A stretch of DNA of 64,000 nt from a virus. Below are positions 1 through 9,669 of the stretch, in pieces. The notes beneath the pieces were generated by a model. That model saw only the letters and a list, made by a program, of their open reading frames with translations. It was not told where the DNA came from and did no database searches. The position numbers and the translations under genes were made by a program. Numbering within the stretch: the stretch's first letter is position 1; every line of letters begins with the position of its first letter. Where the stretch lies: IMG/VR virus record IMGVR_UViG_3300037070_001066, positions 1-64,000 of that record. One strand, 5' to 3'.

Positions 1-122
1 GGAGCAGTTGTCAATGGAGAAATCAATTGTGGTTGTGTACCAAAAATTGCTCCAATGTGATTTTTTAATGTAAGGCCAGACCATGCCTTGCCTTTAATCA
101 TTACAAACTTGCCTAAACTCAT
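1..122 (-). CDS. Major capsid protein, N-terminal fragment (runs off the window)
   Basis: ATG at 122 gives MSLGKFVMIKGKAWSGLTLKNHIGAIFGTQPQLISPLTTA, resembling the crAss-like MCP N-terminus (LGKF..W.GLT..NH.GAIF...PQ). It follows terminase, portal and scaffold-like genes. Confidence 0.85.
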   Translation of the reverse strand, partial: MSLGKFVMIKGKAWSGLTLKNHIGAIFGTQPQLISPLTTA

Positions 123-150
123 TTAATTTTAATTTTAATTTATTATTTAT

Positions 151-1206
151 TTATAACACTAATTCAGAACCAAAGGAACCTCCGTAACTATTAGGATCAG
201 TCATAAAGTCTGGCGTTTTACCATCACCTTCAAAACTAGTCTTACGTAAAGCTTTCTCTAAATTCTTCGTTGCCTTAGATGTAACAGTGGTTTGAAACTT
301 ACCTAAATCAGTAAATCCATTAGTCAGCTCATAAAAGTAATACATCTTAGTATCAAATTTAATTGGATCTAATGAACGTTCTTTCATTAACTTATTCTCA
401 AGTTCACCTGTATTTGGATTCTTACTTACAATCTCAGTCATACTCTTATATACAGCAGTCTGCATTGCTTTAGTGTTAGGAATCCCCTTAACTATTTCAG
501 GAGAGTCAAAGATATAACCTTTGATAGCCTTGTCGATTTGTTCTTGCTCTAGTCTAGCATCTTTAATAGATTGCTCATAACGAGATCTTTCGTACTCCTC
601 TTGTCGTCTTTCAAATTCTTTTAAACTCTCTCTAGATTCAAGTGCGTCCTCTACTATAGTATCTTCACCTAAATCAATTGTTTTCTTAAGTATCTTTCTT
701 GCTCTATCTTCAGATAGACCTTGGTTCATTGCGTCTCTAAATATAATCTCTTTAGCTACTTCTAGATTGTTTCTAAGGAAATCCTCATCTATACTATCTA
801 ACTCCATTACATTTCTTCGAGACTCTGCAATCTTACTTACATCAAGGTTATCTAGATATTCATTTAATCTATTCTGAGCCTGAATATCAATCTCTTGTTT
901 AACAACTCCAACTAAATCGTCAGGTGTTAATATTTTATCAGAAGACTCTAGTGAAGGAATAATTCCTTGTTCAAAAAGAACATTGGCTAGGGAAGAATAA
1001 AGGTTGGGAGAAGATTCATCGCCTGAATCATCCTCTTCACTATCATCGCCTTCTTCCCCATCTACGTTCTCCGGATTTTCCTCCTCGACAGGTTCATTAT
1101 CATTAATTATATCATCGTCTTGTTCTTCGACATCATCGTCAAAGCCGTCGTAACTTAGTTCCATACCAGAACCAAATATTGACATTAAATCGTCATTCTC
1201 TTCCAT
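151..1206 (-). CDS. Acidic coiled-coil protein between portal and MCP (putative scaffold/head assembly protein)
   Basis: 351 aa, very D/E-rich N-terminus, helical body; conserved portal-X-MCP position. Confidence 0.65.
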   Translation of the reverse strand: MEENDDLMSIFGSGMELSYDGFDDDVEEQDDDIINDNEPVEEENPENVDGEEGDDSEEDDSGDESSPNLYSSLANVLFEQGIIPSLESSDKILTPDDLVGVVKQEIDIQAQNRLNEYLDNLDVSKIAESRRNVMELDSIDEDFLRNNLEVAKEIIFRDAMNQGLSEDRARKILKKTIDLGEDTIVEDALESRESLKEFERRQEEYERSRYEQSIKDARLEQEQIDKAIKGYIFDSPEIVKGIPNTKAMQTAVYKSMTEIVSKNPNTGELENKLMKERSLDPIKFDTKMYYFYELTNGFTDLGKFQTTVTSKATKNLEKALRKTSFEGDGKTPDFMTDPNSYGGSFGSELVL

Positions 1207-1232
1207 AATTCTCCCATTTATTATAAAGTTAG

Positions 1233-1308
1233 CAAATATAACATAAAACTATTTTTTTTCCAAACAAAATCACAAATATTTTGATAAATTTGATATTAAG
1301 TAATAGCT
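1233..1308 (-). promoter_or_regulatory. Bacteroidota-type promoter (TTTG-N20-TATATTTG) with upstream AGCTATTACTTAAT box; drives scaffold/MCP
   Basis: + strand CAAATATA 1233-1240, CAAA 1261-1264, ATTAAGTAATAGCT 1295-1308. Confidence 0.75.
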
Positions 1309-1309
1309 T

Positions 1310-3718
1310 TTATTTAGTTGTGGTTTTCTTCTTGATTCTAGATATGGAGTTAGATTCTTTTTTAAGCACTACATCGTCTGCATGTTTCTTCATGTCATTG
1401 TCTAATGCTTTCATTTTAAGAATGTAATCATCTCTTCTTTTTTGAACATCTAAATCAAACTTGTCTCTAGCAAGAGGATCTTCAATACCATCTTCGGCTT
1501 CAACTTCACCATCACCTACTGAAGCACTAAGTTCAGCTATATAACGTTTAGTATCATTATCTCTTTGATTAAGCATATCTTCTTGTTGCATTTTTTTATT
1601 CTCTAGATCAGCTTGTTGAGCCATTGCAGCTTGTTGGTCTTTAGATTGTTGTTGAGAAGCTTCTTGTGCTCTTTGATGTTGCAACTCTTCTGCTTCCTCT
1701 AATCTTCTTCTCATGTCCATTAATGAAGGGCTAAAGTAAATATCCATAATAGTAGACATGCTTCCGCCATTTTGAACGAATGCTTGTGCGCTTTGCTTAA
1801 TGAATTGTTCAAGCTCTTGTGTTTTACTAGAATTGGTACAAACTATCCCATAGTCATTTTCAGAGAACTCATCTCCTTCTAAATTAAGAATTTGAATAGA
1901 CTGATCATCTAGAATGTATTGGACTTTCTTATTGTTACCTTTCAATGCTATCTTAGCTGTCTCAAGGAATGTTTCAAGTACTCTTAACTTACACTCTTCA
2001 TGTAACATAAACCAATACTCTGTAATATGGCTAGACTGATTAACAGATCTTTCTACACCACCTACAGTCTCTCTATTACTAATTTGACCTTGACGTTGCG
2101 CTGTAACACCAGCAATCTCACCCATCTCCATTTTAATAAACTCAAGCAATTGAATGTGTTGTTGAATGTAAGAACCTGTCTCCATATCTATTACACGTCC
2201 ACCTTGAGTATTCATAGAACCAGCAAGCTTACCTGTAGCGGCACCTTGATTTCCCTCTTTAAACGAGTCGATCACAGCAATCTTATTTACGACTGCGAAG
2301 TGCATCCATTTATCAATCTCCCAGTTCTCAGGTACCTTAGCGATGTCTAATTCAAAGATCTTACCGTAGTTAGAAGCAATAGCCTTATTAAGTCTATCCC
2401 AAATAACATCATACATGTATTGGTAATTCTTACATCTATCTACTAGAGATACTGCTTTAGATTGATTAGTATTGTAAATCTGTCCTACAATCCCAGGACT
2501 ACATATTGATGGATTGTTTATTCTATTATATTGAACTTTACGTGGTTTAACATTTAGATAAATATCTTTACCTATCTTAACACCTTCCCACCATTCATTC
2601 ACCCATAGCTTCTCAACTTCTTCTCCTAATGTTGGATCTGGTATATATTCTTCTGATGCAATTTTAGATTGCTCATTACCATACTCATCATAGAATTTAA
2701 CTTTCTTAATCTGTTTAATTGATTTCCAGAACACTTTTAATACACGTATGTTGCCTGTATCATCTGTATAGTTAGATCCAAAGAAGTGACCATTAAGTTC
2801 AGCTAAGTTAAAGATTGTGTCATACATTCCTTCTACGCCAGTATTCAATGCATCACGTAACAATACGTGGTTGTTCTGATCATCTGAATAACTTCCTTTA
2901 GATGAAGTTGTAGAATACTCTAAGATATAATCTATATCCTCAGGTTTCAATTCATCATGATAGTTATCTATAATCTTATTAGGAGACCAGTGATCTTGTA
3001 TAATAATAATAGAAGAGTCTTCTATTCTGTCTGAATTACCTGATCTAACTGAGTGAACCTTAAGTGGATTAAGTTTAATAAGAACAGGTTCGTCTTGAAC
3101 TATATCACATTGATAGATCTCTTCAGCAAAGATTAAAGCATCTTTAAATCCATCATTAAATGTTCTTGCGAATCGTTGTTCTTGGTAATAGTGTCTTATA
3201 ATTTGATTTGCTGTCTTCTCTCTAATGTCTTGCCAAGTATACTTCATATGCTTACCAAGTTCTTCCATCTTAGCCTTTAACTCATCATCTTGATAGTTGG
3301 CTTCAAAGAACTCTTGCATCCTTTGTAAGAGAAAAGCTTTCTTGTCTTCCTCTTTCTTAGATATAGCATCTGGATTTGTAACTACAAAAGACCAATCAAA
3401 TCTTCTTTTAATTTCCTCACCTACTAATAGATCTATCTTAGGTACTAATATAGGATTGTGAGGCAAATTATCTGGTACGAAACTAGCATCTATCTGATGT
3501 GGATTAACCACATTAGTTAAATCTCTAATGTCAACAATACCATTATATAAATTAAGGTTTATAATTTTGTTTTGCAAACTCTTTCTAACCCTTTCATTAT
3601 TGTAGAATGAGTGTCTGTCTGCATAGTCAATGTTACTGATCCTCCATTCCTTAGTCTTCTCCTTGTAAGGAAGACGCTGTCTAGGCATTATCAGACTATT
3701 AATCATTGGTACTGGCAT
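1310..3718 (-). CDS. Portal protein (crAss-like)
   Basis: 802 aa, downstream of TerL; N-terminal PRQRLP..K..EW, GEEIKR, EIAGVTAQRQG motifs and Q-rich coiled-coil C-terminus. Confidence 0.85.
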   Translation of the reverse strand: MPVPMINSLIMPRQRLPYKEKTKEWRISNIDYADRHSFYNNERVRKSLQNKIINLNLYNGIVDIRDLTNVVNPHQIDASFVPDNLPHNPILVPKIDLLVGEEIKRRFDWSFVVTNPDAISKKEEDKKAFLLQRMQEFFEANYQDDELKAKMEELGKHMKYTWQDIREKTANQIIRHYYQEQRFARTFNDGFKDALIFAEEIYQCDIVQDEPVLIKLNPLKVHSVRSGNSDRIEDSSIIIIQDHWSPNKIIDNYHDELKPEDIDYILEYSTTSSKGSYSDDQNNHVLLRDALNTGVEGMYDTIFNLAELNGHFFGSNYTDDTGNIRVLKVFWKSIKQIKKVKFYDEYGNEQSKIASEEYIPDPTLGEEVEKLWVNEWWEGVKIGKDIYLNVKPRKVQYNRINNPSICSPGIVGQIYNTNQSKAVSLVDRCKNYQYMYDVIWDRLNKAIASNYGKIFELDIAKVPENWEIDKWMHFAVVNKIAVIDSFKEGNQGAATGKLAGSMNTQGGRVIDMETGSYIQQHIQLLEFIKMEMGEIAGVTAQRQGQISNRETVGGVERSVNQSSHITEYWFMLHEECKLRVLETFLETAKIALKGNNKKVQYILDDQSIQILNLEGDEFSENDYGIVCTNSSKTQELEQFIKQSAQAFVQNGGSMSTIMDIYFSPSLMDMRRRLEEAEELQHQRAQEASQQQSKDQQAAMAQQADLENKKMQQEDMLNQRDNDTKRYIAELSASVGDGEVEAEDGIEDPLARDKFDLDVQKRRDDYILKMKALDNDMKKHADDVVLKKESNSISRIKKKTTTK

Positions 3719-3749
3719 ATCAATAAATTTATTTAATTAATTTAACCCG

Positions 3750-3825
3750 CAAATATAATACATTTTTCTTCTAAATGCAAACTATTATTGGGTTATTATC
3801 AAAATGTTAATATTAAGTAATAGCT
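3750..3825 (-). promoter_or_regulatory. Bacteroidota-type promoter with upstream AGCTATTACTTAAT box; drives portal
   Basis: + strand CAAATATA 3750-3757, CAAA 3778-3781, ATTAAGTAATAGCT 3812-3825. Confidence 0.75.
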
Positions 3826-3826
3826 A

Positions 3827-6037
3827 TTATTTAAAATTCCTGCTAAAGAAAGGATCTTCTGATATCTTCTTAATGCGTTTATGTTCATTACTTTTAGCAG
3901 AATTAGTTCTTTTAACTCTATCCTCTCTAAGTATAAATAACATACCTGCAGAAGACACCCTATCGAAGTTACCATCTGAGTTCCAGGCAATACATTCTTC
4001 TAAGTAAGGAATAGTTCTAATAAGGTGTAAATTAAGTCTTTGATCTTCTTCATCTCCTTCGTTGTGTCTTTTTAACATAAATTGAGCTTGCAACAGTCTA
4101 CCCCACTTGTTAACTTCTTTGTTAGCATGTGTACCTTTAGCCTTATTTCCATATAGATTAGTTGCTTTAACCATATCCATATCTTTAAGAATTTGAGGAA
4201 CATCCGCTAAATAGTGTAAACAATTACGAGCATCAAAATAACTAAACAATCCTTTTAAATTAGATTCATAGTTAGCTTCACCATTATAAAACTTCAATAC
4301 ACGTAAGGCTGTTTCATATGCATCATTAGCAAGTCTAGGTCTACCAGTATACTCACAAACTATACGATCTGTGAATGTATCAAATCCGATAATACTAAAT
4401 AAAGAAGTACCGGTATCAGCATCAATAGGGTCAATTCCAAATATATATCTACCCCTTGTAACCACCCCTTCATTATTCTTCTTAGGCATCTCAAATATCT
4501 CAAGACATCCAGTTCTATCTGTATCTGAACTATCATAAGCTCTTAAAGGAAACTTATCTGTAGGCTTCCATTCAACATCTCCAGTAGTTCCATACACTAG
4601 TTCTCCAATATAATGCTCTGCAAGAAAAGCCTCTTTACGAGGTCCAATTGATTCAAGGTAGTCTTTTATATCAGCAACAGGAAACACTGTCCCCTCTGTA
4701 CGCATAATAGCCTCCTGAGGCGTGATAGGTTCCTCTGCCTTTCTCTGAGTAATAGCAGAAGCATCTGATGAACTATATTTAATAGTATGACGTTCCATTA
4801 ATAATTCAAGTATAGCCTTGATAATATCTGGCTCGCCTGTCTTAATATCATAACATCCATTTCTATTTAAATATGCTCCCCAAAAGAATCCACATTCAGT
4901 TTCTCCATGAGCTCCTTTATCATATACATTAGGCAGTCCATATATATTATATGCTGCAGGTCTATAGAACAGCTTTTCAGAACCTGAGAATGAAGCACCT
5001 TCAACACCTCCAGTTCCACCTGCTAACATAAATCCTGTATTCACACTACCATCCTGTACTGCTTTCAAGTTAACGTTCCAAGCTTTCTCTAGATTAGGAA
5101 ACAAACCATCTTCTTCATAATGAATTAATGGTCCTCTAATACCTCTAGCTTTATCTGGGTTATCCTTCATTGATATACAGAATACAGACGATAGGAGCCC
5201 TTTACGTGAACCATATTCATCTTTGTATCCTAACTGTACGTTCATCTCTTTTGTTGCATCTATCGTACGCATACGAGGCAATGGAGTGTGTTCAGCTATC
5301 CAGTCAAGACAGTCAAGTACCTTACCCCATATACCCTTATCACCAGAAAGGAAACCTTTATCTGATGCAAGGTGGAAGTTAGGATTACCTGATCCAGGAA
5401 ACACATACATGTTCCTAGGAGACTCAGATGCATTCTTGAAACTAAATCCAATACCCCTTGTCTTAAGTATCTTACCATGTTTACCTAGGCGCTTTGCTCT
5501 TGCTGTATAGTGATAGTATAGATAATCTCCTAACCATGTCTTAGCAAAGTCTTTAACACGCTCTCCTTGTGAACGTTCTTCTTTCTTACCTTGAGCAATA
5601 ACCTTAGCTAACCATATAGGACTATAGTTCCAATAGAAATACAGCTCTCCTGGAATCCATTCTCCATCTTCACGTACCATTCCATACTTCCAACGTTTAA
5701 GTTCTTCTCTCCAGAATTCAGCATATTCAGATTTAGGATTACTATTTGGCGCTATATTTGTATACTTACCATTACGCTTAAAGAACAATGATCGTTCTCT
5801 AAAGTAATCCATGTTCTCAAGTATATGAGGATTAGTTATATCTACAAGTTTGCGTCCATCATCATACATTGTATCTACAGGTCTATCTTTAACAAACCCA
5901 CGTATATGTTCAGGAGCAATAAGGTTCTTTAAGAACTTTACTGTAGCTAAATACTCTAATAGATTATCCCATACTTCTTTAGGTACTGAATTCTGAAGTT
6001 CTTCTGTTATAGGTGTTTGATATCTGTTTAATTCCAT
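3827..6037 (-). CDS. terL: Terminase large subunit
   Basis: 736 aa; LKTRGIGFS Walker A-like, IHYEEDG Walker B-like, GGTGG coupling motif, RNase H-like GIDPID...NFDRVS. Confidence 0.9.
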   Translation of the reverse strand: MELNRYQTPITEELQNSVPKEVWDNLLEYLATVKFLKNLIAPEHIRGFVKDRPVDTMYDDGRKLVDITNPHILENMDYFRERSLFFKRNGKYTNIAPNSNPKSEYAEFWREELKRWKYGMVREDGEWIPGELYFYWNYSPIWLAKVIAQGKKEERSQGERVKDFAKTWLGDYLYYHYTARAKRLGKHGKILKTRGIGFSFKNASESPRNMYVFPGSGNPNFHLASDKGFLSGDKGIWGKVLDCLDWIAEHTPLPRMRTIDATKEMNVQLGYKDEYGSRKGLLSSVFCISMKDNPDKARGIRGPLIHYEEDGLFPNLEKAWNVNLKAVQDGSVNTGFMLAGGTGGVEGASFSGSEKLFYRPAAYNIYGLPNVYDKGAHGETECGFFWGAYLNRNGCYDIKTGEPDIIKAILELLMERHTIKYSSSDASAITQRKAEEPITPQEAIMRTEGTVFPVADIKDYLESIGPRKEAFLAEHYIGELVYGTTGDVEWKPTDKFPLRAYDSSDTDRTGCLEIFEMPKKNNEGVVTRGRYIFGIDPIDADTGTSLFSIIGFDTFTDRIVCEYTGRPRLANDAYETALRVLKFYNGEANYESNLKGLFSYFDARNCLHYLADVPQILKDMDMVKATNLYGNKAKGTHANKEVNKWGRLLQAQFMLKRHNEGDEEDQRLNLHLIRTIPYLEECIAWNSDGNFDRVSSAGMLFILREDRVKRTNSAKSNEHKRIKKISEDPFFSRNFK

Positions 6038-7491
6038 ACGCTTGGATTAAGTACTATACAGTCTGTAGATAGTACAGTTTTAGCTACTGACGCTGCATTC
6101 TCTAATGCACACCTAGTAACCTTTAATGGATCTATAATGTTATTTAAAAACATATTCTTACTTGTATTAATCTTAGTTCCATTTGCAGCAATCATTCTAA
6201 ATGGAGAAGTAAGCGACTCTGTTATTTGAAACTCTGGAGTGTTTTCTAAATAATCACCAAAGAATAGTTCTAAAGATTTGTACAAAGCAACCCCTCCACC
6301 TTCCACAATACCTTCTTCTAATGCACATGCCACTGCAAGTACTGCATCATCATATCTATCTTTGCGTTCTTTCATTTCAATCTCAGACTTACCGCCTACA
6401 CGTATTAGTGTAGCCTTGGCTGTAAGGTTTTCAATTCTTTTATTTAGAAGGTTCTTGTCGTAGTCAGACAAGTCAGGCAAGTCAGACAATCCTTTAATAC
6501 CATTTACTATCTCATCTACGTTTATATCTTCATGTTTTACAAGTAAAGAATGATTCTTTGTAATTGTACAAGACTCCAGCTTGCCTAAACAGTTCGAATG
6601 AGCTGCTTTTCCTTGCGCTAGAGACACGATCTCTGCTCCAGTGAAGTCTGATATATCTCGAAGAAAATCTTTCCTTACAGGGCCAAATCCAGGAGTCTTA
6701 ATTACACACAGATTTATGTTGCCTGACATTACATTTGTCTCTAACTTACGCATCTCTTTCTCAGACACATGTTCTGCAATGATAAGTAATGATTCATCTA
6801 CAATAGATATCTTTGTCAGAATAGTCTTAAGTAGGTTCAGGTCTTCAATCTTACCATCAACAATCAATACGTGTGGATTACTAAACTCACATGTTTCTTT
6901 AGGAGTGTTTGCAAACCTTTTAGAGAAGAACGACACATCCAATTTCATACCACTAATTTCCTCAATAGCATCTTCCAGACTATTAGACTCTTCTACTTTA
7001 ACTATAGAAGAAAAATTATAAGCCTGTTGAATAATATTACCAATCTGTATATCGTTATTAGCAGATATACTAGCAACATATTTAATGTCTTCACGTTTTA
7101 ATTCTCTTGAATTATCTTTTAAGTGTTGTAATACTTTAGGAATTATATCTTCAAAGGCTTTGTTAATCTCAAGTGAGTTGTAGCCTTTAAGGTTTTGTAT
7201 AAATGCATTTGCCAATACTATTGCTGTAGTAGTTCCATCACCTGCTTGATCTACTGTTCGTTCTGCGACCTCTTTGACAAGGATCGCACCAAGCTGCTCA
7301 ATTGGATCTTTAAAGTTAATTGCTCTAGCAACTGACACTCCATCTTTTGTAACTCGTGGTTGTCCGTACTCATCACATATAATGACAGTTCTCCCACTTG
7401 GTCCCATTGTAGACGCAACTCCAGAATGCAACTTTCTGACTCCTTCGAATAATCTGTTTCTTGCTTCATCTGTAAAAAATATTTCTCCCAT
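6028..7491 (-). CDS. groEL: Phage-encoded group I chaperonin (GroEL-like)
   Basis: TMGPSGR, VTKDGVSVA, AGDGTTTA, KTPGFG, RYDDAV, GIVEGGG, IIDPLKV; 487 aa, no GGM tail. Confidence 0.93.
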   Translation of the reverse strand: MGEIFFTDEARNRLFEGVRKLHSGVASTMGPSGRTVIICDEYGQPRVTKDGVSVARAINFKDPIEQLGAILVKEVAERTVDQAGDGTTTAIVLANAFIQNLKGYNSLEINKAFEDIIPKVLQHLKDNSRELKREDIKYVASISANNDIQIGNIIQQAYNFSSIVKVEESNSLEDAIEEISGMKLDVSFFSKRFANTPKETCEFSNPHVLIVDGKIEDLNLLKTILTKISIVDESLLIIAEHVSEKEMRKLETNVMSGNINLCVIKTPGFGPVRKDFLRDISDFTGAEIVSLAQGKAAHSNCLGKLESCTITKNHSLLVKHEDINVDEIVNGIKGLSDLPDLSDYDKNLLNKRIENLTAKATLIRVGGKSEIEMKERKDRYDDAVLAVACALEEGIVEGGGVALYKSLELFFGDYLENTPEFQITESLTSPFRMIAANGTKINTSKNMFLNNIIDPLKVTRCALENAASVAKTVLSTDCIVLNPSVWN

Positions 7492-7493
7492 GA

Positions 7494-8060
7494 TTAATCT
7501 ATTACGAGACCATCCTCAAATAATCCCATTGTTCTACTTCCCCTAGTTCTTCCTTCTAATTCTTTTTGCTCAGCTAACACTTCTTTATAAGCAGCTTTTA
7601 AGTTCTGCATTATCTTTGGAAGCTTCTCTTGAGCAGTTGTAATCATAGGCAACGTAGTTACTGTTGCTCCATTATTAGTTCTCTCTCTTAATAGTTCATC
7701 TGTTATTCTAAGATACTCACTCATATCTCCTACAGATTTAAGTGCATCTTGATATAGTTTTCCAATAACACTTACACTTCTTTCTCTATAGAAAGCTATT
7801 GCTTCTTGTACTTGTCTATCCATTGTCCAATCTTCAGGTAGACCTACATCTTTAATTATCTCCTTTTCTCTTTCTAAATCATTTGTTATATACATATAGT
7901 CAGACCTAATATCTACATAGAAATATATAAATAACATTTCTTTAAATGCAGTTTCTTTATTCCTACTCTTGTCTTTCTTAAGTATAGCCTTGAATGGCAA
8001 TAGTCCCCATGCTTCTGGAGCAATTGTTAGACTGTAATCATGCATTTCAAATATCTTCAT
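7494..8060 (-). CDS. Helical protein upstream of GroEL/TerL (possible terminase small subunit); likely start at 8060 (MKIFEM)
   Basis: The listed ATG at 8090 lies inside a terminator hairpin; function inferred from position only. Confidence 0.45.
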   Translation of the reverse strand: MKIFEMHDYSLTIAPEAWGLLPFKAILKKDKSRNKETAFKEMLFIYFYVDIRSDYMYITNDLEREKEIIKDVGLPEDWTMDRQVQEAIAFYRERSVSVIGKLYQDALKSVGDMSEYLRITDELLRERTNNGATVTTLPMITTAQEKLPKIMQNLKAAYKEVLAEQKELEGRTRGSRTMGLFEDGLVID

Positions 8061-8073
8061 ATAATGTTGTTTT

Positions 8074-8105
8074 AAAAAACTATGCCCCATATAAAATATG
8101 AGGCT
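8074..8105 (-). terminator. Intrinsic terminator
   Basis: Minus strand GCCTCATAT-TTT-ATATGGGGC followed by ATAGTTTTTT. Confidence 0.6.
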
Positions 8106-8112
8106 AGTTCTA

Positions 8113-8271
8113 TTAACTTACTAAATCATGCAACTTCTTTGTTAATTCAATAATGTAATTATCTTTTTGCTTTAACTCGCTATTCAATTTTTCTATTTGA
8201 ATATCTTTAAACGCATTCATTGATACCAATGCAATTACTACAAATACTAGTATAATTACTGTGTATGCCAT
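8113..8271 (-). CDS. Small membrane-anchored coiled-coil protein (52 aa, not in ORF track)
   Basis: MAYTVIILVFVVIALVSMNAFKDIQIEKLNSELKQKDNYIIELTKKLHDLVS; fills the gap in the operon. Confidence 0.55.
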   Translation of the reverse strand: MAYTVIILVFVVIALVSMNAFKDIQIEKLNSELKQKDNYIIELTKKLHDLVS

Positions 8272-8272
8272 C

Positions 8273-8470
8273 TTATGCTTTTTTAGCACGAACCTTTTTA
8301 ACAGGAACTTCTTTCTCTACTACTGGTTCAGATAAATCTTCATACTGACCAATAAACTTAACTACTGCGTCAAATGAATTAATAACTACTATTGCCTCTT
8401 GCAATGTAAATGCTCCAGACTTGTTTGCTGCGTTCAACGCGTTGTTTAATGTAATCAAATTCTCTCTCAT
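8273..8470 (-). CDS. Hypothetical protein (likely start MRENL)
   Basis: Tightly packed in the operon. Confidence 0.5.
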   Translation of the reverse strand: MRENLITLNNALNAANKSGAFTLQEAIVVINSFDAVVKFIGQYEDLSEPVVEKEVPVKKVRAKKA

Positions 8471-8474
8471 AATC

Positions 8475-8843
8475 TTATCTATTATCTTTTGCTTTAATAA
8501 GTCTTTCATCTATTAGTGCATAAGGCACTCCATCTATTTCATATAAATCAACCTTAACCTGCATAACTGCTTCGTATGCATTATTGTCTTCCGACTTTGT
8601 GGCAACCATCATTCTTTCAATATCGATGATTACTTTTTGACCTGGAGATACTTTAATATTCTTCCATTGTATTTCTCCTGCAACTACATATTGAACATCA
8701 TCTAATACATTATCTGAAAATATCAATACACCATCTTCTTCTGCTTTATTCAAAGTAATGAATACTTTACCAAATAAAGGTTCTAAAGGAAATACATTTA
8801 TAACATCTAATACATCATCTTGATTCATTCTCTCTTCTCCCAT
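8475..8843 (-). CDS. GroES/Cpn10-like co-chaperonin
   Basis: LEPLFGKVFI...DGVLI...VVAG...VSPGQKVII...IDGVPYALIDERLIKAK follows the GroES pattern (PL.DRV.V...GII...VVAVG...V..GD.V...DG.EY.I..E.DI.A). Confidence 0.6.
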   Translation of the reverse strand: MGEERMNQDDVLDVINVFPLEPLFGKVFITLNKAEEDGVLIFSDNVLDDVQYVVAGEIQWKNIKVSPGQKVIIDIERMMVATKSEDNNAYEAVMQVKVDLYEIDGVPYALIDERLIKAKDNR

Positions 8844-9112
8844 TTCTCTATCAAATTACTTTTTTGTTTCTTAATCTTTTCATATACCATAAAATTAGTA
8901 TATAACTTTCCAATGTGTGTATATATAAAATTAGTTTTAAGTTCTTTAAATTCCTCTTCAGTCATATTATCTTTTACATCTAAATTAGAAATAGTTTCTC
9001 TTGTGAACTTAAACTGAGCTTGTACTATCTTCTTGACAATATCATCCTGTAAGTTAAACTCTAATCCTATACTATGTATTAATTTCTTAAGTCTAGGATC
9101 CTCCGCTTTCAT
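8825..9112 (-). CDS. IHF/HU-like DNA-binding protein
   Basis: Basic 95 aa; helix-helix (LIHSIGLEFNLQDDIVKKIV) then NFIYTHIGKLY, like the HU/IHF beta-arm start. Confidence 0.5.
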   Translation of the reverse strand: MKAEDPRLKKLIHSIGLEFNLQDDIVKKIVQAQFKFTRETISNLDVKDNMTEEEFKELKTNFIYTHIGKLYTNFMVYEKIKKQKSNLIEKWEKRE

Positions 9113-9500
9113 TATCTACTATGTTAAAGTTAAATATTAATTTAAAGTTCTTTGCTTTTAAATCTAATTCAGGTATATATACTTTAGATATCTCTCCATC
9201 TACTATAACATTCTTCTTTCTCAAGTTAGTTAATATAGTCTGTAGAGCACTATCTGATAAACCATTCTCAAATACATCATCTTCCTTTATCTTCAACTTA
9301 GTATCGTAATCAAACAATACTCTCCATAGTATCTTATTGTTGGTGATGTCCTTTCTGTATTGATAATGGTAGTATAGGAAAAGAGCTAATACTTGTTGTT
9401 GTTGATTATTCAGCTTATGAAAAGGCTTAGTTATCTCCATCCACTTAAAGAACAAGTCTTTAAGCTTTACATTCATATTAGCAACTTTACTATTACTCAT
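9093..9500 (-). CDS. Putative winged-helix DNA-binding protein (likely start MSNSK)
   Basis: LNNQQQQVLALF...LSDSALQTILTNLRKKNVI wHTH-like pattern. Confidence 0.45.
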   Translation of the reverse strand: MSNSKVANMNVKLKDLFFKWMEITKPFHKLNNQQQQVLALFLYYHYQYRKDITNNKILWRVLFDYDTKLKIKEDDVFENGLSDSALQTILTNLRKKNVIVDGEISKVYIPELDLKAKNFKLIFNFNIVDNESGGS

Positions 9501-9669
9501 CTTCTCTGTCTTTAATTGTTCCTTCTCTTTGAGTGCTAATTTCGCTTGCAACTATACCGCTTATAAGATTTAATTTATATTTAAGACTATTAATATCGCT
9601 TCGTTGTTTAGCACATAATTCTGCTAAACGTTTTATTAAGTCATCTTTATCTGCATCATCACTACTCAT
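9493..9669 (-). CDS. Small coiled-coil hypothetical protein (58 aa, not in ORF track)
   Basis: MSSDDADKDDLIKRLAELCAKQRSDINSLKYKLNL...; overlaps both neighbours as in translational coupling. Confidence 0.45.
   Translation of the reverse strand: MSSDDADKDDLIKRLAELCAKQRSDINSLKYKLNLISGIVASEISTQREGTIKDREDE

Noticed and set aside
2027-7546. Antisense or nested ORFs inside portal, terL and groEL (2027, 3804, 5170, 5223, 5296, 6278, 6641, 6871, 7251, 7274), and similar shadows over later genes
   Set aside because: They overlap well-supported genes, have atypical composition and show no motifs
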